From positions 1,682-65,681 of the forward strand of contig CAZQLY010000005.1 in assembly GCA_964594455.1 (NCBI GenBank): a DNA stretch of 64,000 bases, written 5' to 3'. Each line of letters starts with the position of its first letter. Position 1 is the first letter of the stretch. Positions 12,461-20,492 of the stretch are shown here, one piece after another. A program made the position numbers and the translations under genes. The notes below the pieces were generated by a model. The model was not told the origin of the DNA. It worked only from the letters and a program-made list of their open reading frames with translations, and searched no databases. The DNA comes from an uncultured Gammaproteobacteria bacterium. Lineage in GTDB: Bacteria; Patescibacteriota; Patescibacteriia; JAHIZJ01.

Positions 12461-14239
12461 TTATAAATCGCCTATGCAATACACAGGATCATCGCAACTA
12501 ATGTTTGGTGTCGTCTCAAATGACCCACCATCGCTAGTTATACAATCTGTTGCTTCATCATAACTAACCTCAGGACCATCTAAATCCCTAGCAATGTCTT
12601 GGTTGGTCTCTAGTTCAGCTGCTAATAAATAATCTTCTCCATTCTCGCAATAAACATAGCAATTTCCTTGGATTTCACCATCTACTATCTGGCATTCCGC
12701 GCCTCCGGGAGGAAATATAACATCACTACTGGAGTAATACCCATCAATTTCTGCAAGAAACACTTCCCAGGTGGGAGTGCTGTCATTCAACGGCACGACT
12801 CCATTTTCATTCTTATAAAGCTCAATAGCACTCTGAAGCAATCTGAGGTCGGCTTGCCTAGTTTCATCGCGGGCAACCAACTCGCTATCACTTTCAGTCT
12901 CAGTTTCGGTCTCAGTCTCAACACTAAATATCTGATCAATTGATGTTTTGCGTTGCAAATCCGCTTCACTCATCTCACCTTCGCCATTTGGGTTATAACC
13001 ATTTTCTACCTCTTCTCCGTCTAAGTATCCGTCACCATCAGTGTCTGAATCATCAGGATCGGTTCCAAATAATTCTTCCCAATAATCAGCCAGGTCATCC
13101 TCGTCGGTGTCTGTTATATAATCAGTGTAATCATCATCTGGGTCTGTTGGCATCATTGAGTTTATATCAAACATGCTCATTATGTACTCAACAATATTTT
13201 CAGAATCAGCGGGCGCTTCAACGGAGACTGGTTGGTTGAACTCGCTTGATTTAACGGCAACTGACACTCTCCCGCTGTACACTTCTGCATAGTCCAAAGC
13301 CAGAGCCATTGTTAATTGATACGTGTACATGTCTTTCTTGCCTACCCAGATCTCGCCACTTATTTCCCCCAAATCCTGAAGTGCCATATCAACTGTTTCC
13401 TCAAGATCAACTTCTGATGGGATTAATTCAAGAAATGAATCTTCATTCACATCTGAAGTCATTGAATTATTAGTTAGATCCATAAGCTCAACCATCAAAG
13501 ATTTTAGTTCATCTTTATCTATGTGGTAGGTATAGTGATAAGTTTTGATACCATTTATTTCCTCATCAGGCAGGCGTTTATCGACAACCAAGATATCTGA
13601 GCCATAAACTAACGCCTGAACCTGTTTACTAAGCTCCTCCGCTTCCTCCTCTGAAGGCATCATGCTATTAACATTTTCAACCCCCTCACCTAGCCCAAAC
13701 AGTAGCCCAAACAGGTCGCCTGTCGAAATGACATCATCTAGACCATCTATTACTTCAGTCGAGTCAAACCGGAACCAAACATTTTGAAATTGACTCAGAT
13801 CAATAAATTCATCCAACCCGGGAATACTAGGGATGCTTGGTATTCTGAGATAGGTAACCTCATCAACTGTTTTAATGTCCAATCCCAAATCCACATCAAA
13901 TCCACTATATCCAAAAGAAATGCTGGCTGAACCATCCATATTATTGTTGGTCAGATCGGTGCTGGCTCTATAGGTTATTTTTGTGTTAACTGGTTCAGTA
14001 ACGGTAGTAGTGGTTTCCGAAACAGACTCTACAATAATATTAGCTAACATTTCCGTTTTTACGGAATCAAGCGCCGCCATGTTTTCCATGGTGGCAGCAA
14101 TAACTTTATCTGGAGACTTTTCTAAAAAAGGCACGGTAAAGATAGTGTCGGTGAAAGGAACCCTGCCTGATGCCACAATAGCAATGCCAGCACCGACTAC
14201 TATCACTATTGCCGCGTAGATAATAAGATTTTTTCTCAT
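12461..14239 (-). CDS. Membrane-anchored acidic surface protein: beta-rich domain + Ca-binding DxDxDG repeats + C-terminal pilin/GspG-like head
   Basis: N-terminal TM; DTDEDDLAD..E...GTDP..SDTDGDGYLDGEE repeats; RDETRQADLRLLQSAIELY resembles the post-helix segment of the pilins at 41.8-42.8 kb. Confidence 0.65.
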   Translation of the reverse strand: MRKNLIIYAAIVIVVGAGIAIVASGRVPFTDTIFTVPFLEKSPDKVIAATMENMAALDSVKTEMLANIIVESVSETTTTVTEPVNTKITYRASTDLTNNNMDGSASISFGYSGFDVDLGLDIKTVDEVTYLRIPSIPSIPGLDEFIDLSQFQNVWFRFDSTEVIDGLDDVISTGDLFGLLFGLGEGVENVNSMMPSEEEAEELSKQVQALVYGSDILVVDKRLPDEEINGIKTYHYTYHIDKDELKSLMVELMDLTNNSMTSDVNEDSFLELIPSEVDLEETVDMALQDLGEISGEIWVGKKDMYTYQLTMALALDYAEVYSGRVSVAVKSSEFNQPVSVEAPADSENIVEYIMSMFDINSMMPTDPDDDYTDYITDTDEDDLADYWEELFGTDPDDSDTDGDGYLDGEEVENGYNPNGEGEMSEADLQRKTSIDQIFSVETETETETESDSELVARDETRQADLRLLQSAIELYKNENGVVPLNDSTPTWEVFLAEIDGYYSSSDVIFPPGGAECQIVDGEIQGNCYVYCENGEDYLLAAELETNQDIARDLDGPEVSYDEATDCITSDGGSFETTPNISCDDPVYCIGDL

Positions 14240-14269
14240 ACTATATAACTTAGTCTAATAAATTTAAGA

Positions 14270-16225
14270 CTAGCCTGCACTGACGCTACCGCCGCCTCCA
14301 CCTCCTCCTGAAAATCCTCCAGAAAAACCAGACGACGATGAGCTGGATGACGAACGAGGAGACCCGATAGAGCCATTAGCCACCGTACTAAAACTAGATA
14401 AACTCTTTGACAAAGAAGATATATTAAACTTGCCCGGAGTATAACCGTAAGCCGGCACATACCAGTCAGGCGGTTCAGTATACAAATCTTTAAAATGCTT
14501 GGCCCATTTTTTTTCTACCCCGAGGATCATGGCGTAGGGAAAATAACTTTCAAAAGTTTCCTGAGTCATTTTGGCAATACGGTATTTCTCGGCTTTTTCT
14601 AAAAACATCTTAAACCCTTCTGACCACCATTTGTATTCAGAACCTAAGGCTGTCTTGCGCGGCATGACTGAGCCAAATATCATTCCCACAATCCCAACCA
14701 ATATGAAGGGCGCTGTCAGAACGGCCAACCAATTAACAAACGCTGACAAAACGAAAGATAATATTATACTGATCAAGAATAAGATAAATGGCTTGGTCAT
14801 ATACTTCTTTCTCACCTGGGACGGCGAGTTATCAAAGTAGCTCTTATTAGTCACTGACTGGTATATGAGCTTCTTGATCTTGGGCAGTTTTCTATAAAAC
14901 TTGTTGCGCAAATCAGAAAGCTTGACCTCTCTCTTGCTACCAAACAACCCTCTGAGCATTTCTTTTTCATATTCCTGGAACTGTTCTGGCTGCTTATCGG
15001 TTCTAAGCAGTTTGAAATTTTTGGTTTTTTGAAGACGCGATGTCTTCTTCATTTCTTTGATAACTAAATAACCCCGGACAGCAAAATCTATTATCATCGG
15101 AGTGATATCTTTTTGTTGAACTTTCTCATCTAGCAATGTTCCCATTTCACTCGGGCGCATGCCCTTAGGCGGTTCATACTGAGGAATGATGGTGCTTTTC
15201 TGCTCCGGGTCTTTACCAAATCTTTGCCAACGCCGGTAATAATAGACAAAGGCCCAAATCGGTGATATCCAAACCAAAATAGCTAAAATGGATATTAAAT
15301 AACGGCCGATTCTGTGCCACCATAATTCCTGAAGTTGGAAACGATAAACGTTTGTTTCACCCTTTCTGATTGTTAAATCTATTGGATCAGCTGTATAGCC
15401 GAAAGACTCTGCCGAAAACTTATAGGTCTCCTGATCATTTTCCGGATTGCTCATTTGATAGGCCTGAGGCGTAGTGTGGCTACTGTCCTCATCATTGATG
15501 ATGATGGTTGCTCCCTCAAACTCCTTAGAATCAACCTCAGCTTCAATTCTCAGAGTACCAGGATCATTTACTATACCCTTGGGCCAGCTGGATACAATAG
15601 TTACTCCCTCAGAGCCTCCAATATACCTTTCCCAGAACTTAATGGTTCGTCCGTCCGCTATCTGGTAATTGTAAGATTCCACGGTTGAACCGTAAGAACC
15701 AACATACATTAACTGGGAATAGTCGGATAAGCTATTGCTTGCTTCGGGTAAAATAACGGCAGCGCTGACTGTTTCAATAATTGCTTCGTGATCAGTTGGA
15801 ATAATATCCCAATAAAGCTCATCATGATCTTCAAAGAAGCCCACCCCTCCTAAAACCTTATACTCAAATATCCAGGTCTTTGACTCATTGTAAGCAGAAA
15901 AATTTATCCGAGTGGAAATTGAATAGGCTGTATCGGTGATTTCAACATCAGGCCATGAAAGCAAGATATTGTTTTCATCATATACTTTAAAATTGACAAT
16001 ATTTTCAACACGCTCTTTATACAACTCAGTTTCTACCCACGAAAAAGAGCCTTCAAAATCAAAGGTCCTCGTTTCTCGAACACTGAAGCTGCCGTCCTCC
16101 TGTATCCTCATCTGCACATCCCAGTCTGTAATAGTCCAGGATTTAGCTTCTGTTTTTGCAGGTATCAGGGCAACCGTAACAATAACACCCAATAATATTA
16201 AAAGTTTATACGTTAGCCTTGGCAT
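14270..16225 (-). CDS. DUF2207-like membrane protein
   Basis: Signal peptide; ELYWDII; PQYEPP..MRPSE; FESYFPYAMILGVEKKWAKHF; Gly/Ser tail SGFSGGFSGGGGGGG. Confidence 0.85.
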   Translation of the reverse strand: MPRLTYKLLILLGVIVTVALIPAKTEAKSWTITDWDVQMRIQEDGSFSVRETRTFDFEGSFSWVETELYKERVENIVNFKVYDENNILLSWPDVEITDTAYSISTRINFSAYNESKTWIFEYKVLGGVGFFEDHDELYWDIIPTDHEAIIETVSAAVILPEASNSLSDYSQLMYVGSYGSTVESYNYQIADGRTIKFWERYIGGSEGVTIVSSWPKGIVNDPGTLRIEAEVDSKEFEGATIIINDEDSSHTTPQAYQMSNPENDQETYKFSAESFGYTADPIDLTIRKGETNVYRFQLQELWWHRIGRYLISILAILVWISPIWAFVYYYRRWQRFGKDPEQKSTIIPQYEPPKGMRPSEMGTLLDEKVQQKDITPMIIDFAVRGYLVIKEMKKTSRLQKTKNFKLLRTDKQPEQFQEYEKEMLRGLFGSKREVKLSDLRNKFYRKLPKIKKLIYQSVTNKSYFDNSPSQVRKKYMTKPFILFLISIILSFVLSAFVNWLAVLTAPFILVGIVGMIFGSVMPRKTALGSEYKWWSEGFKMFLEKAEKYRIAKMTQETFESYFPYAMILGVEKKWAKHFKDLYTEPPDWYVPAYGYTPGKFNISSLSKSLSSFSTVANGSIGSPRSSSSSSSSGFSGGFSGGGGGGGSVSAG

Positions 16226-16330
16226 AAAAATCTGATTTATTTTAACATTTTTGAGCTATTACCGCAAATAAGCTTTTAGGCATTACAAAACAGCCAGCCT
16301 TAATATACTCGCCTGATTTTTTCTGACCGA

Positions 16331-17254
16331 TTATTTCAATTTGTTAATGTAGTTTTGAGCTGTCAAAAAAGCGGTAGTACCTTGCCCGGCCGCAATAACA
16401 ATCTGATTATATGGCAGGTTGGTTACATCTCCAGCCGCAAACAAGCCCGGTACTTTTGTCTCCATTAACAGATTCACTTCGGCAAAACCCACTTTGTCCG
16501 TCACCCCCAAATCTTTGATCATATCGGAATTGGGTATCACGCCAATATGGATAAACACTCCATTAACTTTAATGTTTTTGGTCTCACCAGCAGGGTCCTG
16601 ATAATCTACGCCGCTGACCGTTGGATCACCCACAATCTTAGTGGTATTAGCCTCTGAGATTAATTCTACGTTTTTAAGTTGTTTAACTTTGTCTATGTAT
16701 ACTTGCTCTCCGCGCAATTCAGCGTTTTTGTTTATCAAATATACTTTCTCGGCAATACCAGCCAACATCAGAACCGACTCCAAGGCTGAATTTCCCCCAC
16801 CGATAGTAGCCACAGTCTTATTACGGAAGAGCGGCCCATCACAGGTGGAACAATATGACACGCCTTTTTGATATAATTCTTTTTCTCCTGGTACATTCAA
16901 ATGCCTGGGTCGGACCCCAGTGGCAACAATAACTGATTTAGCTTCGAAGCTTTTATCCTGGCCATTTAAATCTTTTCCCGCTACCAAAAAACCGTCACCT
17001 TGCTTTTTGATCTTGATAATCTCAACATCATTTTCAACGTCAACATTATTGAATTTCAACTGATCGTTAAATTTCTGAGATAGGTCAATGCCTGTGGTTT
17101 CGTTAAAACCAGGATAATTACCAATCTCACCTGAGGTAGCCACTTCCCCGCCCAGTTCTTTGGCTACTAATTTGAAATTCATTTTGGCTCGAGCGGCATA
17201 GACAGCCGCAGCGGTTCCAGCAGCCGAGCCACCGATTATTAATATATCCAACAT
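16331..17254 (-). CDS. trxB: Thioredoxin reductase (FAD-dependent)
   Basis: IIGGSAAG, GVSYCSTCDGP (CxxC), GGGNSA and GLFAAGDV motifs. Confidence 0.9.
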   Translation of the reverse strand: MLDILIIGGSAAGTAAAVYAARAKMNFKLVAKELGGEVATSGEIGNYPGFNETTGIDLSQKFNDQLKFNNVDVENDVEIIKIKKQGDGFLVAGKDLNGQDKSFEAKSVIVATGVRPRHLNVPGEKELYQKGVSYCSTCDGPLFRNKTVATIGGGNSALESVLMLAGIAEKVYLINKNAELRGEQVYIDKVKQLKNVELISEANTTKIVGDPTVSGVDYQDPAGETKNIKVNGVFIHIGVIPNSDMIKDLGVTDKVGFAEVNLLMETKVPGLFAAGDVTNLPYNQIVIAAGQGTTAFLTAQNYINKLK

Positions 17255-17321
17255 ATTACTTTTTTTTTAGTTGTCTTCAATGCTGCCGGACTAGGATTCG
17301 AACCTAGATTACCAGGGCCAG

Positions 17322-17490
17322 CCCGCCCCGCCAGCTTCGCTAATTATAAGTTTTATATTCTCAAGTAGATTGCTCCGGGGCCTGGACTCGAACCAGGATT
17401 ACCAGGGCCAGAACCTAGCGTCCTACCATTAGACGACCCCGGAACAATTCACTCGAGATATTTTTTAACCTGCAGACGCAGCGGGCCGGG
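17322..17490 (-). mobile_element. ~169 bp fold-back element carrying an intact tRNA-Gln, inserted in the anticodon of the outer tRNA-Gln
   Basis: Ends are CCCGCCCCGC / GCGGGCCGGG (9/10 inverted repeat), with one extra G at the junction. The flanks extend the inner tRNA acceptor stem by 14 of 15 pairs. Confidence 0.75.
17373..17443 (-). tRNA. tRNA-Gln(CUG), intact, nested copy
   Basis: TCCGGGG TC GTC TAATGGTAG GAC G CTAGG TTCTGGC CCTGG TAAT CCTGG TTCGAGT CCAGG CCCCGGA G. U1-A72 pair; CCA not encoded. Confidence 0.93.
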
Positions 17491-17513
17491 GAACCTGGCG
17501 TCCTACCATTAGA

Positions 17514-17546
17514 CCCGCCTCGACTTGCCGGTCTCGGCGAGGCGGG
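17514..17546 (-). repeat. 33-bp hairpin element (CCCGCCTCG...CGAGGCGGG family) in the D-stem of the outer tRNA-Gln
   Basis: tRNA-sense sequence CCCGCCTCGCCGAGACCGGCAAGTCGAGGCGGG. Precise removal restores the tRNA. It differs from 56798-56829 by one indel. Confidence 0.92.
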
Positions 17547-17570
17547 CGATCCGGCAGCAATGCAGGCAAC

Positions 17571-19112
17571 TTATCCGACCACCTTCCCACCAAAGGCTTC
17601 TAAAACCGGATCAATACTATCCTCAGTATCGGTTTCCGATTCAGTTTGCCCTTCTATTAAGACCGTGTCAACCTTCATCGCTTGGCCATATACATTTTTC
17701 AACACCTTTTCAATCCGACTGCTTAGCTTGGCTTGTTTAATTTGGTCCGCGTGAAAAGCATAATTACAACCCAGTATTAAGGTATCCCCCTCTATTTTTT
17801 CAGGTGTAACTACTTGGAATATAAGTGCCAAGGAATGATTTTCTTTCTGCATTCCTTTTAGTACCTCGCCCCACTGCGCCTTGACGTCTTCCAGGCTCAT
17901 CTTCAAATTAGCCGATTTCGATTTGCTAACAGATGTAGATTTTGGACTAATTGTATTCTGGCTGATTTTTGGGGTTGTTGACTCGGATGGCTCATCGGGC
18001 TCATTACTATCATCTCCAGTTTCACAAATTTCCACGATGGCAAGTTCTATGGGCAGCTGGGTAATATCAGAATATTTTATCTCTCTCTCTTTGTTGAGAA
18101 AGAGATTAATCGCTTTTGTCAAACGATCGAGTTCGATATTCTTCGCTTGATCAATGGCCGATTTTTCCAACTCTTGAGTAAGCTCCATGGAAGTGAAGAT
18201 GTCTAACCGACCGTTGACCTTGATCAGCAAAATCTTGCGCAAAAATTCAACTAGCTCTTTTGTAAACTGGATAAAGTTGATCCCCTCTTGTGCCAAGTTG
18301 TTAACCAAATCCAGAGCTTCTCCAGTTTTGCGTCCAGCCAAGAAATCAAAAAGCTTAACAATAGATTCTATGTTGGATCGCGGTAAAACCAAATCAGCCA
18401 TTTCTGCGGTGATCTTTTTATCTCCCAGGGTTAAAATTTGCCCCAATAGACTTTCAGCGTCACGGGCTGAGCCCTCGGCCATGCGGGCAACATTCTTCAG
18501 TATGCTTTCGTCTATTTTAATCTTCTCCTTGCTAACGATTGAGCTTAAGCGTTTAACTAGATCCGCTTGGTTTATTTTTTTGAAATCAAATCTCTGGCAT
18601 CGGGAAACGATAGTATCAGGTAAACGATGGATTTCTGTAGTGCATAAAATAAATATCGCGTACTCAGGAGGTTCTTCTAGAGTTTTCAGAAGCGCGTTAA
18701 ACGCAGCTAAGGACAACATGTGCGCTTCATCAATTATAAATACTTTATATTGCCAGCGGGACGGAGTGAAACGAGCGTTTTCTATAATATTGTCTCGGAC
18801 ATTGTCTACTCCAGTATGAGAAGCCGCGTCCATTTCAATCAAGTCCAGGGATCTGGCTGACAATATATCCTGGCAAGACTCGCAGGTACCACAAGGTTCA
18901 CTTTGATTATCTTTTCTTTTCTGACAATTGATGGCTCGAGCCAAAAGCCGGGCCGTGGTAGTCTTGCCCACTCCCCGGGGGCCAGCAAATAAATAAGCAT
19001 GGGCCAGTCTTTGACTGGTAATTTCATTTTCTAGAGTAATCTTAACGTGATTCTGGCCCAGCAGGTCGGAAAATGTCTGGGGTCTATATTTTCGATATAA
19101 TGTTTGAGACAT
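17571..19112 (-). CDS. dnaX: DNA polymerase III subunit gamma/tau
   Basis: LYRKYRPQTF, GPRGVGKTT, zinc Cys cluster, DEAHML and SRCQRF. SD GGAGG upstream. Confidence 0.97.
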   Translation of the reverse strand: MSQTLYRKYRPQTFSDLLGQNHVKITLENEITSQRLAHAYLFAGPRGVGKTTTARLLARAINCQKRKDNQSEPCGTCESCQDILSARSLDLIEMDAASHTGVDNVRDNIIENARFTPSRWQYKVFIIDEAHMLSLAAFNALLKTLEEPPEYAIFILCTTEIHRLPDTIVSRCQRFDFKKINQADLVKRLSSIVSKEKIKIDESILKNVARMAEGSARDAESLLGQILTLGDKKITAEMADLVLPRSNIESIVKLFDFLAGRKTGEALDLVNNLAQEGINFIQFTKELVEFLRKILLIKVNGRLDIFTSMELTQELEKSAIDQAKNIELDRLTKAINLFLNKEREIKYSDITQLPIELAIVEICETGDDSNEPDEPSESTTPKISQNTISPKSTSVSKSKSANLKMSLEDVKAQWGEVLKGMQKENHSLALIFQVVTPEKIEGDTLILGCNYAFHADQIKQAKLSSRIEKVLKNVYGQAMKVDTVLIEGQTESETDTEDSIDPVLEAFGGKVVG

Positions 19113-19225
19113 AAGCGTTGTACCTCCTTATGATTTTAACAACTCCTGCGATATAGTGCAAAAAACCATCTAAATAGCGCACCTCCCTAACAAGGTGCCT
19201 ATTCTTAATATTTCTTTATTTATAT

Positions 19226-19837
19226 TTATTCGTCTATTTTTTCAATTTCTGAAGACGCCTCTTCAGTTGGTTCGTCGGCTGACAGGCCGTTTTTATTTAT
19301 TTCAGCTTTCTTAATAATATTTTCCACAGCCGCCCATTTACTATCTTTTTCTTTGGGTACCAGTATAACGGCCTCGTCCCCGGATTCACCTTTGAAATAA
19401 GTTATGCTTGCCAGCAACACTCGGTAGCTTTTATTGTTTGCCAATACCCGAAATTCGCTTGTCTGTTCATCTCGGGTCAGGGTGCCGATTAAGCGCTGTC
19501 TCTCAGCTGGGCCGATTTGTTTATAGACAAACGATCCGTCAGGGGTAATGGTCAACTTAAGAGTGTCCCCTTCAACGAGTTTTGATTTTGACGCATAATT
19601 GGCCGGTACAGAATATTGCTTTCCATCCGGTCCAATCATATTCTGTCCGTCAAACATTCCTTCTATTATTTTTCCTTCAGCGCCTTCTTCTATCTTACCT
19701 TCTATCTTTTCTATCTCCGGCTCGTCAGACAAATCATCTCCACCTAATTCAGCCAGCAGCTGTCTGGCAACTTGGATGTTTGTTTGGGCGTTTTCTAGGG
19801 CATCTTTTATTTTAGAAATTTTTTTTGGTTCGGACAT
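19226..19837 (-). CDS. Conserved-looking hypothetical protein (CPR type)
   Basis: Core IEGMFDGQNMIGPDGKQYSVPANYASKSKLVEGD resembles a protein recurrent in Patescibacteria. Function unknown. Confidence 0.7.
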   Translation of the reverse strand: MSEPKKISKIKDALENAQTNIQVARQLLAELGGDDLSDEPEIEKIEGKIEEGAEGKIIEGMFDGQNMIGPDGKQYSVPANYASKSKLVEGDTLKLTITPDGSFVYKQIGPAERQRLIGTLTRDEQTSEFRVLANNKSYRVLLASITYFKGESGDEAVILVPKEKDSKWAAVENIIKKAEINKNGLSADEPTEEASSEIEKIDE

Positions 19838-19929
19838 TTTCTTTTCAGATTTATTTCTAAATTTGAGGTTTTATTATACTTTTGTGTTGCTTTAGCTCAA
19901 AATTTAGTATATCATATATTGCCGGTTCG

Positions 19930-20463
19930 TCAATTTTTTTCATACATATAAATTGGTATGTTAGTGGAGGCGGGGCGGCTTATTTGTGTCGCTTTCAGAT
20001 CAGGGAAAGAAAAACTGTATGAGGCAAATCTACAGCCTGAACGCATCTCGGCTGCAACCTTTGGCTGTAGTTTTTTCATTGCTTTGGGAGTTAAGAAACA
20101 AACAATTGCATCAGCTGATCCAAAATCTGCATTAAAGAAGTTTTGATATTTGATAACAACTTGCTTATTGGTGCCAGAAAGCCTGACTCTTAGCAGCGAC
20201 CACAAATAATGGAACAATGATAATTCATATCCTACACCTTTGACATTATATTTTTTGGCAGCTGAAATAAGCAGCCGCGCATCACCACAACCCAGGTCAA
20301 TCAATAATTCCCCCGGCTGCAGACGCACGGTATTCAATAAACGTTCGACGTCCTGGCGTCTAGTCGGTAGCCAAGGTGCGGCCGACAAGCTGGCTAACAT
20401 GGCCATACCGAAAACCACGACCACAATAACCAAATAAACTATTAAAAAAGGAGTAGTCAACAT
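19930..20463 (-). CDS. Class I SAM-dependent methyltransferase with N-terminal TM
   Basis: APWLPT, DLGCGDARL and GYEL motifs. TATAAT lies 6 nt before the ATG. Confidence 0.85.
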   Translation of the reverse strand: MLTTPFLIVYLVIVVVVFGMAMLASLSAAPWLPTRRQDVERLLNTVRLQPGELLIDLGCGDARLLISAAKKYNVKGVGYELSLFHYLWSLLRVRLSGTNKQVVIKYQNFFNADFGSADAIVCFLTPKAMKKLQPKVAAEMRSGCRFASYSFSFPDLKATQISRPASTNIPIYMYEKN

Positions 20464-20492
20464 ACTCCCATTATAGCAGATATTATTATGAC

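Larger units (their letters stand above)
17283..17556 (-). pseudogene. Interrupted tRNA-Gln(CUG), outer copy, with two insertions
   Basis: Removing 17514-17546 and 17322-17491 gives TGCCGGA TC GTC TAATGGTAG GAC G CCAGG TTCTGGC CCTGG TAAT CTAGG TTCGAAT CCTAG TCCGGCA G. This is a perfectly paired 71-nt cloverleaf. Confidence 0.88.

Noticed and set aside
12888-12922. Hexamer-like repeat encoding TETETETES
   Set aside because: Low-complexity linker with varied codons; not a convincing contingency locus.
17525-17740. ORFs starting in hairpin elements (17525-17740, 40628-40918)
   Set aside because: They start at TTG inside the palindromic inserts and run antisense to dnaX or gap.
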